This document shows, in pieces, positions 33,585-44,796 of a DNA stretch of 64,000 bases. The notes under the pieces were generated by a model. It was not told where the DNA came from, searched no databases, and saw only the letters and a list, made by a program, of their open reading frames with translations. The stretch comes from Epithemia pelagica. Its lineage: Eukaryota; Protista; Bacillariophyta. How positions within the stretch are numbered: position 1 is the first letter of the stretch; each line of letters starts with the position of its first letter. Where the stretch lies: positions 1,240,001 to 1,304,000 of the forward strand of contig OX337237.1 of NCBI GenBank assembly GCA_946965045.2, given 5' to 3'. The position numbers and the translations under genes are program-made.

Positions 33585-34144
33585 TGAATTACAATTTACT
33601 GACATATTAGAGTCGTAGTTGTTCTTACCCATGGAACATGACCACATGTGAATTTCCGTCAGTGATGAATCCTATCCAAGAATCGATGATAAGATTCATA
33701 GACGACTTGATGGATCAGGCCCAGCATTCTGTTAGTTCAGCAATAGTTCTTTGTTCTGGGTTTCCTGTGGTATCCTTTGGCTTTTCCCGTGAAGTTTCAA
33801 TGGTCATGGTCGAGATTTCGAGACACTTGACAAATGTCGTAGCGAAAAATCTTTGCTACTCCCTAGCGTGTATGCGTTAACTGAAGAGACGCACACGCAC
33901 AAGCGCACCAAACGCGCTTCGGACCATCCACGTGGAAGATTAGTCGGTCGCGATCGGGATGCGCGGACGGTCGCCATGGCGGAAGCTACCTCTCCTTCAT
34001 CCATTCTGTGGCGTGATCTTTCCCCGACCACATCAGTCTGGGTCTGCACTTCCGTCAACGAAGGGAAGTGTTCACACGTTCTTGAAAGACAAAAGAGTTT
34101 CTACTTTTCTGTGTCATAACATATATCACATCAAAGAAGAAATC

Positions 34145-35359
34145 ATGACGGAAACCAATGGAAGCAACGGCAGTAATGGCAATGGCGCCAGTGTGGGAAC
34201 CGACCGTGTCAAACATGGCCTGGCCCAGATGCTCAAAGGTGGAGTAATTGTACGTCGATTGGCGAGTTGGAGTGTAAAGCAGTCTGAACCTCGACCTCGC
34301 GCTGTTGGTTTGCGGGGAGAGGTATTGCATCTTGACTCCTGTGGACTGGATCATAAATACTGTTTGCTTCAATCTGATGGCATGCCGATGTTGGCTCACG
34401 CCGATCCCTGCTTTTCTGTGTCGTATCTTTTCTATCTTTTCAACTTTTTGAAACAGATGGATGTGATGAACGTGGAACAGGCAAAGATTGCCGAAGCAGC
34501 CGGTGCAGTGGCGATCATGGCGTTGGAACGCATTCCAGCCGATATTCGTCGTGATGGAGGTGTCGCACGCATGTCGGATCCAACTTTGATCAAGGAAATT
34601 AAGAACGCTGTCACAATTCCTGTCATGGCCAAAGCTCGTATTGGACATTTCGTGGAGGCGCAAATCTTGGAAGCTTGTGAAATCGACTACATTGACGAAA
34701 GTGAAGTCTTGACCATGGCCGATGAAGTGCATCACATTGACAAAACTCAATTTCGTGTTCCCTTTGTGTGTGGATGCCGCAATATTGGCGAAGCCTTACG
34801 TCGAGTGGCCGAAGGTGCCTCCATGCTTCGCACCAAGGGTGAAGCTGGGACAGGGAACATTGTTGAGGCTGTTCGTCATGCTCGCACTGTCATGGCCGAC
34901 ATTCGTCGGTTGAAATCCTTGAGTAAGGATGAATTGTTTGTTGCCGCCAAGGAATTGCGTGCACCCTACGAGTTGGTCAAGGAAGTGGCCGAGAAGGGCA
35001 AATTGCCTGTCGTGAACTTTGCCGCCGGTGGAGTGGCAACACCGGCCGATGCTGCCATGATGATGCAACTGGGTATGGATGGTGTCTTTGTTGGCTCGGG
35101 TATTTTCAAGAGCAACAACCCCGAGGCTCGAGCAAGGGCCATTGTACAAGCCGTGACGCACTACAACGATCCTAAGGTAATCATGGATGTATCGACTGGA
35201 TTGGGTCCAGCCATGGTGGGCATATCCGATATCAAGGGCGATCCAGTCAATTTCCGAGATCGTGAAGGTGGTGAATTCTCCTACGATGGCAAGGTTCCAC
35301 CCAAGAAACAAACGCATGGACATACAGAAACACAAATGTATGGATCGTCCTGGAACTAA
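34145..35359 (+). CDS. PDX1: Pyridoxal 5'-phosphate synthase subunit PDX1, 2 exons (34145-34249, 34457-35359)
   Basis: [11 protein letters not shown]|MDV joins across a 207-nt GTACGT...CAG intron. Motifs [49 protein letters not shown] and [11 protein letters not shown] are present. Confidence 0.96.
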   Translation: MTETNGSNGSNGNGASVGTDRVKHGLAQMLKGGVIVRRLASWSVKQSEPRPRAVGLRGEVLHLDSCGLDHKYCLLQSDGMPMLAHADPCFSVSYLFYLFNFLKQMDVMNVEQAKIAEAAGAVAIMALERIPADIRRDGGVARMSDPTLIKEIKNAVTIPVMAKARIGHFVEAQILEACEIDYIDESEVLTMADEVHHIDKTQFRVPFVCGCRNIGEALRRVAEGASMLRTKGEAGTGNIVEAVRHARTVMADIRRLKSLSKDELFVAAKELRAPYELVKEVAEKGKLPVVNFAAGGVATPADAAMMMQLGMDGVFVGSGIFKSNNPEARARAIVQAVTHYNDPKVIMDVSTGLGPAMVGISDIKGDPVNFRDREGGEFSYDGKVPPKKQTHGHTETQMYGSSWN

Positions 35360-35557
35360 GTTGCCATGTCTTGTGATTCCACGATGACATGATGCTGAGT
35401 GATGTAAATCGATATTATTTTGAACAACCGAATTGTGTATCTCTGTAGCGACGACATCAATTCGTTCCGAACGTGCAGTGTCGGGCGTGCGTTGCTCCAT
35501 ATCAAGTACACTGCAAGATAAGCGTCTGCTTTTGCGTTAAAGCTATGACTTAGAATC

Positions 35558-37258
35558 TTAGAATTCGGCATTTCCAGGAAATCGCGGAAAGGCAATTGCC
35601 TCTCGAATATTGTCAATGCCACAGACGTACACGACCAATCGTTCAAAGCCTAGGCCATATCCTGCATGTGGCACGGATCCAAATCGTCGCAAATCCAGAT
35701 ACCACCAATAGTCATCTGGATTCAAGGGTGGTTCTTGTTCGGCCATTTTGCGTTCCAAGACCTCCAATCGTTCTTCTCGTTGACTGCCTCCCACGAGTTC
35801 TCCCACACCAGGGACTAGCAAATCCATGGCGTTGACCGTTTCTCCATTGTCATCGTCATTGTCGCGCATGTAAAAGGCTTTGATTGACTTTGGATAATTG
35901 TAGACAAAGACGGCCGACTGGAATTTTGTTTCCGCCAACCATCGTTCGTGTTCCGTGGCCAAATCAGTGCCGAATTCTACTTCCGGAAATTGCCATTTGG
36001 ACGGATCTTTGGCAATCTCTTCTTGCAGGAACTCAATGGCATCACGATACGAGACTCGAGCAAATGGTTTTTCAACCAATTTCTTCAATCTTTCCTTGAG
36101 TTCCTTGTCAAAAAACCGTTGGAAAAAGTTCAAATCTTCGTCGCAATTATCCAGAATGCGTTGAACCGCAAATTTGAGGAGGCCTTCTGCATTCTCCATG
36201 GCGCTTTCCAAATCGGCAAAGGCCATTTCCGGCTCTACCATGTGGAATTCTGCCAAATGACGAGCTGTCTGACTATTTTCGGCCCGAAAGGTAGGTCCAA
36301 AGGTATAGACATCTCCAAGTGCGCAAGCATGTGTTTCGGCACCTAATTGTCCTGATACAGTCAAAAAGGCTGGCTTTCCAAAAAAGTCCTCATTGTAATC
36401 AACACCGGCTTGCTCTTTTCCTTCGTCATCTTTTAGCTTTGGTAATTGATCGACTTGATCCAAATCCAAGGTGGTGACACGAAACATTTCCCCTGCACCT
36501 TCACAATCCGACGCCGTGATGAGTGGTGTTTGGACATAGACAAAGCCTGCGGATTGAAAGAATTCGTGAATGGCTCCGGCCAATTGACTCCGAACCCTGG
36601 CCACAGCGGCGACCGTGTTGGTCCGAGGACGCAAATGGGCCAAGGACCGCAAATATTCCAGTGAATGTCGTTTCTTGGCCAATGGATAGGTATCCGCTGG
36701 ACATTTTCCCACAACTCGCAAGGTTTCCGTTGCCACTTCGACCGCCTGTTTGCCTCCTTGACTTTTGACCAAGGGACCCGTCACCTCCACGGCACATCCA
36801 GTCGTAACCAACTCCAATTGTGCCAAGGTTTCTTCCGAAACACCATCCTCTCCCAAACTCAAGACACATTGAAGGCCCGATAGATTGCTCCCGTCGTTGA
36901 CTTCCAGAAAGGCTGTAGTTTTTTGTTTTCGAACTGTTTTGACCCATCCCTTGATGACAATGGGTTCTTCCGTCGGTTCTGTCGCATGAACGGTTTTGAT
37001 TCGTCGCGGTACGCTGGTCGCAGCTGCCGTGGTTGTGGAGAACAAACAGGAAGATCGAGTGGTTGAGACAGCAGCCCGTCCTTGGTGTTGTTGTTGGTGA
37101 TGTTGTCCCAGGAACGAATGTGATGCCGATGCAATGGTCCGCACCGCTGTTGTGGGTCGAGCCACAAAAGCCATGGTACGGCCTGCCAGATTGCGACCGA
37201 AAGCCAACCACATGATGAATGCGGATGATCGAAGGAACAAATTCCGTGATACCAACAT
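35558..37258 (-). CDS. asnS: Asparaginyl-tRNA synthetase (bacterial-type, organelle-targeted)
   Basis: Has an OB fold ([17 protein letters not shown]), [27 protein letters not shown] and [33 protein letters not shown], plus an N-terminal targeting-like extension. Confidence 0.95.
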   Translation of the reverse strand: MLVSRNLFLRSSAFIMWLAFGRNLAGRTMAFVARPTTAVRTIASASHSFLGQHHQQQHQGRAAVSTTRSSCLFSTTTAAATSVPRRIKTVHATEPTEEPIVIKGWVKTVRKQKTTAFLEVNDGSNLSGLQCVLSLGEDGVSEETLAQLELVTTGCAVEVTGPLVKSQGGKQAVEVATETLRVVGKCPADTYPLAKKRHSLEYLRSLAHLRPRTNTVAAVARVRSQLAGAIHEFFQSAGFVYVQTPLITASDCEGAGEMFRVTTLDLDQVDQLPKLKDDEGKEQAGVDYNEDFFGKPAFLTVSGQLGAETHACALGDVYTFGPTFRAENSQTARHLAEFHMVEPEMAFADLESAMENAEGLLKFAVQRILDNCDEDLNFFQRFFDKELKERLKKLVEKPFARVSYRDAIEFLQEEIAKDPSKWQFPEVEFGTDLATEHERWLAETKFQSAVFVYNYPKSIKAFYMRDNDDDNGETVNAMDLLVPGVGELVGGSQREERLEVLERKMAEQEPPLNPDDYWWYLDLRRFGSVPHAGYGLGFERLVVYVCGIDNIREAIAFPRFPGNAEF

Positions 37259-37440
37259 AAGAGATCACAGACTAAAGACGACAAGATAAAAGGCACACAA
37301 CCAGAGTCTCCAGCAAAAGCGATACTATCCGACAAAACGTTTGGCCAATCCCTCTTGTGGTGCGATTGTCTTCTTTGGATCTTTTTTTTTCCCGGCTTCC
37401 GTCGCCATCACACAAAAATCCGCTCCCATCCAATTCGGAA

Positions 37441-37448
37441 TGACGTCA
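37441..37448. promoter_or_regulatory. TGACGTCA palindrome (bZIP/CRE-type site) in the divergent AsnRS-RPL7 intergenic region
   Basis: A perfect 8-bp palindrome within a 346-bp head-to-head promoter region. Function is not demonstrable from sequence alone. Confidence 0.25.
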
Positions 37449-37604
37449 GAAAATCGTCTCAGCCTATTTGGTAGCTTCTTAATCGCATGTTTATCTTATA
37501 TTAAGGACAAAGTTTACCTCTCCTCGTCTTACTTAAACCTCAACTACCTAGTCTTCTATAATCCCTTCTTCCACCCTTTATTGGACTACATCCACTTTGT
37601 CATC

Positions 37605-38324
37605 ATGAAGACCCCGGAATCTGTATTGAAGAAAGAAGCGACTCAGGCTAAAATCGCGGAAGCCAAGGCCGCTGAGGAGAAAGCTGCTGCCGAGAAGGCG
37701 GTTGCCGACGTTGCCAAGTTCAAGGCGAACGCCGAAAAGTACGACAAGGAATACGAAGAGGAAGTCAAGAGTGCGATTGATAACCGCCGTGAGGCCAAGG
37801 CCAAGGGTGGTTTCTACGTGCCTCCGGAACCCAAGTTGGCCTTGGTCATTCGTATTCGTGGTACCATTGGTGTGTCCCCCAAGGCCAAGAAGGTGATGCA
37901 GCTCTTTCGTTTGCGGCAATTGCACAATGCCACCTTTGTCAAGTTGAACGAAGCTACCATTCGTATGTTGCGTTTGATCGAACCTTATGTCACATATGGA
38001 TACCCCACTCGAGCGACTGTCCAAAAGTTGATTTACAAGCGAGGATTTGGAAAGCTCAACAAGCAACGTATTCCCATTGCGGAGAATTCTATTATCGAAA
38101 AGGGATTGGGAGAACACGGCATTTGCTGTGCGGCCGATTTGGTGCACGAAATTTACACCGTTGGACCCAAGTTCAAGCAAGCCAACAACTTTTTGTGGCC
38201 CTTCAAGTTGTCCTCCCCCAAGGGTGGTTTCTCCCGCAAGACCAAGTTGTTGCATTACTTGGAAGGTGGAGAAGCTGGTGCTCGTGCAGAAGAAATCAAC
38301 AAGTTGGTGAAGCGCATGTTGTAG
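37605..38324 (+). CDS. RPL7: 60S ribosomal protein L7 (uL30)
   Basis: MKTPESVLKK, FYVPPEPKLALVIRIRG, LFRLRQLHNATFVKLN, EPYVTYGYP, LIYKRGFGK and FLWPFKLSSP are present. True start is ATG 37605. Confidence 0.97.
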   Translation: MKTPESVLKKEATQAKIAEAKAAEEKAAAEKAVADVAKFKANAEKYDKEYEEEVKSAIDNRREAKAKGGFYVPPEPKLALVIRIRGTIGVSPKAKKVMQLFRLRQLHNATFVKLNEATIRMLRLIEPYVTYGYPTRATVQKLIYKRGFGKLNKQRIPIAENSIIEKGLGEHGICCAADLVHEIYTVGPKFKQANNFLWPFKLSSPKGGFSRKTKLLHYLEGGEAGARAEEINKLVKRML

Positions 38325-38792
38325 ATCATGAAGAGACTCCTGTCTTGTTTCTCGGAAAACCTCCGATCTATGCGAGCGCGAACCTTTTTTGTAGAGGTTA
38401 AAGAAAGCTGGAGATGCAACACTGTTGCTCTCTTTTCAAGCACGACTTTACTCGTAACATTTGAAAAGGTTCCGATCCCCGTCACACCATCTCGGTGCTG
38501 CTTGAGGGGACGGTCATTCTTAAATTGCACTTTATTACGTAGGAGTAGGTATGGAGCATAGAATTGTGTTGAAGCTATCTGCATTTGACAGGTTTGGAAG
38601 CCGATCTTCAAGGTAGCAACAGTCATCTTCACTTGACTGCTTTGAAAGCCGACTGTTTGGATAAAGATCCACAATCAAACGTGCATATGATTTTGAATCA
38701 TGCCTCAAATACGCATTTCAGAATTTAGCCGGCGAACTAGATGTCCCAAGTATAGACCATCAAACAAAATTATAAATCCCTGCCATGTTAAC

Positions 38793-40472
38793 TTAACTGT
38801 ATTCAGGCATTGGCGTTGCCTCTTGCCAAATCTTGTGGAACAAGTCATACAATGTGTTTGACAGGCAAACTTTGAACGGCTTGGGATCCTTCAATCGCAA
38901 ATGATCGGACGAAAACAATCCCAGAGCCTCCGATACCGCTAGTTTGGCTTGCATCAAATCCCGATTGGCATTGGGTGTTACCACGCCGTCTTTGAATACA
39001 AGGTGATGCAAAGGCTCGACACGATTGGGAATCACCCGTACTCGATCTCGATCCAAAAAGGGATTTCGACAAATCACGGCCATACCAGGTTGTGGAACCG
39101 AATCCTTGTCCGTTAGCATCAAATCCAGAATAGGTTTGCCGTCTTTGCCATACAGTCGATACGCCTTTTTCAAATGAGGTATTTGTACCTTGGCCAGTTC
39201 TTGACTCAATTTGATTCTGGGTTGTCCTCGCAGCTGCACTAGTTTGTATACGCATCCGAGAGCTGGTTGTTTCTGGCAAGTAACCAAATGGGTTCCAATG
39301 CCAAAAATGTTAATGGCATGCTTTTCTTCACCCAATTCATAAAGTTTTTCTTCGTTAATGTCGTTGCTTGCCACAATCACAAGGGTATGCACAAATTCAC
39401 GGTCAATGCTTTGAAAGAGTTTGAAGCACTTTTTGGACAATTCAGCCAAATCTCCCGAATCAAGCCGTACACCCGTGGGTCGATATCCCATATCATCCAG
39501 CACCAATGCCACCAACAAAAAATTCAACACTCCGGACTTTAATGTGTCATAGGTATCAATGAGACACAAAAAATTGTGCGGAAAGGCCGCCGCATAGGCA
39601 ATAAATGCCGCCAGTTCTCCGTCATTGGTTGTGGCAAAGGCCGGATCATGTGTGGCTGCCATGGCTTGACGATATTCCTTTACTTGAGGAAGCAACCGGA
39701 CGGTATCTCCTTCATTGATACCGACAATCGATCCACTTGTTTTCGAAGGCACTTGCAAATGTTTGACTTCCGACAAATCCGTATAGGTTTGAACAAAGGC
39801 GTGCGCTTGGGTACCCGAAACGGACAAACCCACTAGTTTTCCAGCCTGCACATTGGAAGTCCCGACAAAGCCTCCCATAAACGTATACTTGCTCGCCGAC
39901 AAGCCACCGTCTGGTCCTTGAGCTCGTCGCAATCCGAATTCCACACACATGGGTTCCCCAGGAACCGAGGAAAGCAAGTGACTTAATTGGGCCGCTCGAA
40001 CCATACGAGCAGCGTTGGTTGCCACCAAACTGGGGTAGTTGATGAGAGTTAAGAGGGTCGTTTCCAGCAATTGGCCCACAGCCAAAGGCGCTTCAATGAT
40101 GAGCAGAGGGACGCGAGGGAAGCAAATGGTGCCATCTTGAATAGCATGGACAGTGATGCTTTTGGCGTCGAGTTTTCGTAGCCATTCAAAGAAACCCTTT
40201 TCGCAATGTTGCAAGTTCGGAACAGTTTGAAGGTATCCCACATCCTCATCGGTGAACTTGAAATTTGCCAAATGTTTGAGGCATTCATCCAAGCCAGCAA
40301 ATATTGTGTACTCGCCCTCAAACGGATTTTTGCGAAAAAATAGTTCGAAGACGGCAGGATCTTGGTGTCGTTTGTTTACCCAATGAGCATAGGCCATGGT
40401 AATCTGATACATGTCCGTCAGCATGGCCGTGACCAAGGGATTGGTTGGCTTACTCGTCGTAGACGACGACAT
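38793..40472 (-). CDS. NAPRT: Nicotinate phosphoribosyltransferase
   Basis: Motifs LTDMYQITMAY, FELFFRKNPF, ETTLL, EFGLRRAQGPDGG, GTQAHAF, LIDTYD, VRLDSGDL and FGIGTHLVTC..ALGCVYKLV are present. Likely ATG is 40472. Confidence 0.96.
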   Translation of the reverse strand: MSSSTTSKPTNPLVTAMLTDMYQITMAYAHWVNKRHQDPAVFELFFRKNPFEGEYTIFAGLDECLKHLANFKFTDEDVGYLQTVPNLQHCEKGFFEWLRKLDAKSITVHAIQDGTICFPRVPLLIIEAPLAVGQLLETTLLTLINYPSLVATNAARMVRAAQLSHLLSSVPGEPMCVEFGLRRAQGPDGGLSASKYTFMGGFVGTSNVQAGKLVGLSVSGTQAHAFVQTYTDLSEVKHLQVPSKTSGSIVGINEGDTVRLLPQVKEYRQAMAATHDPAFATTNDGELAAFIAYAAAFPHNFLCLIDTYDTLKSGVLNFLLVALVLDDMGYRPTGVRLDSGDLAELSKKCFKLFQSIDREFVHTLVIVASNDINEEKLYELGEEKHAINIFGIGTHLVTCQKQPALGCVYKLVQLRGQPRIKLSQELAKVQIPHLKKAYRLYGKDGKPILDLMLTDKDSVPQPGMAVICRNPFLDRDRVRVIPNRVEPLHHLVFKDGVVTPNANRDLMQAKLAVSEALGLFSSDHLRLKDPKPFKVCLSNTLYDLFHKIWQEATPMPEYS

Positions 40473-40879
40473 GATGAATCTTGGTTCACTTCCTCCAATC
40501 GACTTTCTGTTCTCCAAACTTGCACTCGTTCCTGCTTGATGATTGAAATGCAACACTAGCGAGGATAAGAATGGATAGTCTCGTGAGTTGGTACAATGCC
40601 AAGGACAAGAAAGAATACCACTTTATTAATGGGACGACGATCGACCTGGTGGGAGACATTCTGATTCTTGAGGGGTCATGGAATGCATATGAAATTAAAC
40701 GCTGATGAGACGTGGATGAAACGCTGATATGGGTATGTAGCTAGGTAGCTACCTTAGTATGATACTCGTACATGTATAGCTAGTTGGAGACGCAAAGAAC
40801 AAGCTGCTCCCTACGAGCACTGTTGCCCCTTCGGATTTTGGATCAGGGTTCTGGGATCTGTAATCGACCTTATTTCGCC

Positions 40880-41130
40880 TAGAGTACTAGTATCGAGTAC
40901 AGCCCTAATGTGAGAGTACGAGTATCGACTACCTACTTCTGTACTCATACATGTTCGAGTACGAGTACCCAGCCACTCCTGACTGTACGAGTACGAGTAT
41001 CAATGATTACTCGTCCATCGAATGTATAGAGAGTACGAGTATCGAGTATATACTCGCAAGTATTCCACTAAACTCGAGTATTACTTGCACGAATCCCGCT
41101 ATGGTAGTCACGAGTCGTACTTCGTGCTAG
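40880..41130. repeat. GAGTAC/GAGTAT/TACTCGAGTA motif array (MITE-like)
   Basis: GAGTACGAGTA-type motifs are repeated many times in 250 bp. The same motif family occurs at 44081-44303. Confidence 0.55.
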
Positions 41131-41161
41131 GCCGGCTAGTTTTTCATTTTATCCGTGCCGA

Positions 41162-41325
41162 TTTGTCCCCACTTTTCCTGCTCTTTCCTTCACATGCAAT
41201 TCGTCCCCACTTTTCTCGCTCTCTGCTTCATCCTATTTTGTCCTCACTTTTCCTGCTCTTTCCTTCACATGCACTTCGTCCCCACTTTTCTTTCTATCCT
41301 TTTCATCGCCATTTGTCCCCACCTA
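41162..41325. repeat. 75-bp pyrimidine-rich tandem repeat (2 copies plus a partial third)
   Basis: TTTGTCC(C/T)CACTTTTCCTGCTCTTTCCTTCACATGCA.TTCGTCCCCACTTTTCT starts at 41162 and 41237; a third start is at 41312. Confidence 0.85.
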
Positions 41326-41693
41326 GCCTACTCCTTTTGTCACTCAGGGATCAGGGAATCCAGATACTGCTAAGTACAAGCCACTTTTCACAACTAAACA
41401 TCTACTTAAAATCCAAGTATATCGTCTCCTTCTTACAACATGATCCACCTCCTCTCATTTACAGCTAGGTTTACGTCCTCTTCATTGTTTAGGGTCTTGG
41501 GAGAAACCAGAGTGTTACAGGGCATAGCAATGTTCAATACATTGTTGCGACGAGGTCATGTGGACGTGAGTCTTTATTGACAATCCATGTCAAATGTCAA
41601 GGCAAGTTCTTCCATGGAAGAGGTGGAGAGATCTTGGATGGGGTATCGCAACTAAGTTTCCACTCAAGTTTGATTCCGCTGAAGAACCATCAA

Positions 41694-42040
41694 GGCCACC
41701 ATTTTGTGGGTCCATCAAAGGAGCCACCGATGTGCTTGGTGCTTTACTACTGGGAACTGGGTGTCGGGACCGGTAAGAGTGTCCTGCATGGTATCAGTGA
41801 ATGGTGTTGGTTGGTCAGGTCTACAGTTGTTTTTGTTGGTCACCTTTTGTGGGTCCATCGAAGGAGCCGCCGAAGTGCTTGTTGTACCACTTGGTACACA
41901 GGTACTCGTGTTGAGCGTGTCCTGCATGGTATCAGTGAATAATGGAGGAGTGCAGTGTTGGTTGGTCTACAGTTGCTTCTCTTGGCCACCTTCTGTGGGT
42001 GCATCAATGGAGCCGCCAATGTGCTTGGTGTACCACTGCT
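41694..42040. repeat. Diverged ~145-bp tandem repeat (about 2.5 copies)
   Basis: GG(C/T)CACC..T.TGTGGGT.CATC.A.GGAGCC.CC.A.GTGCTTG starts at 41694, 41838 and 41984. GTGTCCTGCATGGTATCAGTGAAT occurs at ~41779 and ~41917. Confidence 0.85.
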
Positions 42041-42310
42041 GATGCACCATCCATATCGTCTACAGCTAGATCGATCTCCTCTTCATCTTCGCTAATAGTA
42101 CTCTTCGGGTTCTGCTCATCTGCCGAGTCTAGCGAAGATGAAGAGGAGATCAATCTAGCTGTAGACGATATGGATGGTGCATCAATGGAGCCGCCAATGT
42201 GCTTGGTGTACCACTGCTGATGCACCATCCATATCGTCTACAGCTAGATCGATCTCCTCTTCATCTTCGCTAATAGTACTCTTCGGGTTCTGCTCATCTG
42301 CCGAGTCTAG
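42001..42310. repeat. Direct duplication (132 bp) with an inverted third copy of a 55-bp core between the copies
   Basis: 42001-42132 equals 42179-42310. 42130-42184 is the reverse complement of 42040-42094 with 1 mismatch. Confidence 0.95.
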
Positions 42311-43962
42311 AGTCCATGGTTGGGCCGGCATCATCTTCAGTTTCTGCCACTTTATATTTGGCATCAAAGGGTGTCTACTGGGCAAGATATCACATGATCG
42401 TCGTTTCTGGGTGGGCTGTCAGTACTGGCGAGGCCGCAGCGCGCAATGTGGCCACCACAAAGGCGAGCGTATGTGACACGACAGTCACCGAAGGCCACAC
42501 TAGCTACACCATGGACGATGAGACTGTTGTTGTTGTCTCATTGGAATCCACACCAACAAACGGTGTGTACAAGCACAGTGCCAATGCCAGGAACAGGGCG
42601 AGTGTCATACTCAAGAAGGATCCCCACACATGACTACGGGTCAATCCACCTCATCCAGTCTGGGGTTGTTGGTATTGTTGGTATTGTTTGTGTGGATGGC
42701 ATGGAGGAGGTGGTTGTTGTCGCATTCGTTGTTGGTGGCGGCAAGCCATGAGGCTTTAAGTGATGATGAGCACGATTGGTGTGATTGGAAGTGTTGTGGC
42801 GTGAAGGTGAAAAGCGAGACGAAGCAGGACCACCAGCACCACCATTGGTATGATGATTGTGATGAGTGGTGGAACAGTTGGAGGATCCATCGTGTGGTGG
42901 CAAAACATGATTGGGAGATTGGTGCGCGGATGGTGGCGGCACTCGTTCCGGATTTTCAGTTTCAGGATGAGGAGGAGCGGTTCCAACGGTCCAACAACAA
43001 TATTCCCGTCGTCCGGCTGGGACTTGTTCCAGAACCAAACTGGTCCAGGGGACCACACATCCAAGAAGGCCATGGCCGCCACTGCGAGCCACGGAATGCC
43101 CAAGGGACGACGCCACCAGTACAATAACTAGGAGGATGCTGTTGCCGTGGCAGTAGTGCCAGCGCCAAAGCGAGACGTCGTGGCGGGTACCATTCAGTCT
43201 CCTCCACCTCAAACGAAGAACCCAGGGGTCGTTGTTGTGTGGCAGTATTGTTTGTGGAGGAATCGTCGTCGAAGCCCAGACCCCAGAGGGGACGACGACG
43301 ACGACGACGACGAGGCCCAGGGAGGAGGACTGCTATCCAGATAGTCCTTGCTGGTACATGCCAGTTGTCCGTCTGCTTGTTGATGACAAGCTGCCGCAAA
43401 CTAGGGATGAACCACTGGAGCAGATCCTCCCACGGCTCCTTGACCAAAGAAACTCATAGAAAAGGTTGTTGTAGTTGTCGAAAACCAAAACTCATTTTCA
43501 AACCACAAGGACATTTGCTCCCATAGTAATGACGGAGGAGAATGAGGCATTGATTGTCTTGCCATTCTTGTGAGTGGCCCAATACCGGATTGTCCGAAAT
43601 CTTGAATCCTTTTGTGACTGCTGAGACAAGACCATTGAGCCATGGGTTTGGACAATCCCACACAGTCAGCGAGTTGACAAATGATGGTAAATGGAGTAGA
43701 GCGATGCATCAAATCTTCAGTCCTCATGACCATATAGTCAAAAATGGAATTGGTTGGCCTGGCCAGCAATTGACCTTGGGCCCACTCATGAAACTTGGTG
43801 ATTCAATGAACAGAAATTGGGCAAGAGTTTGCAAATCACCACAGGTTGAAATTGAATCCATTCCAGGGATCGTAAGTGTGTTGTTCTTCATTGAATCGGC
43901 TGGAACAGACGACTCTGTCCGACAAACAGAAAGGCTATGGATGATGGACGAGGTAGGATAGA

Positions 43963-44008
43963 CGATGGTCGATGATCGATGGTTGATGGTTGATGGTTGA
44001 TGGTTGAT
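43963..44008. repeat. (GATGGTT)n minisatellite
   Basis: GATGGTCGATGATCGATGGTTGATGGTTGATGGTTGATGGTTGATAG. Confidence 0.8.
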
Positions 44009-44080
44009 AGTCGAGGGTTCATGAGTGATGATACAAAAGAAATAGGTGCAAATGGGGGGACAAACCATGCGCATAGAAAA

Positions 44081-44303
44081 TACTCGAGTACGATGAAGTA
44101 ACACTCGAGTATTACTCGGGTATTGGATGTAGCTCGAGTACGAGTAGAGAGTATGTACTTGCCGAACTACGAATCCATGAGTACGAGTACACGAGTAATA
44201 CTCGACAAGAAAGTAAGAGTATCGAGTAATTATTTGTATGTCAAAATTGGAGGAAGTACGAGTATTTTAGCACCAATACTCGAGTATTACTCGAGTATTA
44301 TGC
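44081..44303. mobile_element. MITE-like element with GCATA..AATACTCGAGTA terminal inverted repeats
   Basis: Left end GCATAGAAAATACTCGAGTA; right end TACTCGAGTATTATGC (reverse complement GCATAATACTCGAGTA). The interior is rich in GAGTAC motifs. No target-site duplication is seen. Confidence 0.55.
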
Positions 44304-44796
44304 TCGGCACTTTTCTCTTCGACGCTTCTCTTCCTCGACATCGACATGACTTCGACTTTACCTGGCACGAGTCAATAGGTAGGAAGGACCATGGAGATTC
44401 AGCACATATGCTTGCTATGTACTGTTACTTAGGTAAGGGGAACTCCATCCTTTTGGAGTGTGACTCAGGCACATCAAGGTGTACCTAGTCACTGGAATCG
44501 ACGCGATTCAGCTAACTGTCAAAGCTGGATCACTCTTACCTCCCGCAGAAGACTTTCAGTCACGAGTCACGAAGCCGGTAGTCCTCGGTCATAAGATTCC
44601 GAGTTGGCGCGCGGGGCGAACCTCCGCAAGAGCCATTCGTTCTGCAACCACTTGCCAGAGTGAAAGCATCCTGAAACTCCATAACTCCATGCCTTTCTGT
44701 CCACCGACAGTAGGCTCGCAAACGACAGAGTGCAAGCACTCTTCCCCCCCCCCCCTGTTTCGTCCGACAAATATTTCTTCTTCAACATCTTTCTGC

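Noticed and set aside
35596-40321. Many antisense and alternate-frame ORFs over AsnRS, RPL7 and NAPRT (similarly over PGM, PDX1 and the pol ORF)
   Set aside because: These are shadow ORFs of strongly supported genes on the opposite strand or frame.
43400-43900. Possible F-box-like remnant (LTIPGMDSISTCGDLQTLAQFL) in frameshifted minus-strand ORFs
   Set aside because: The similarity is too weak to distinguish from chance.
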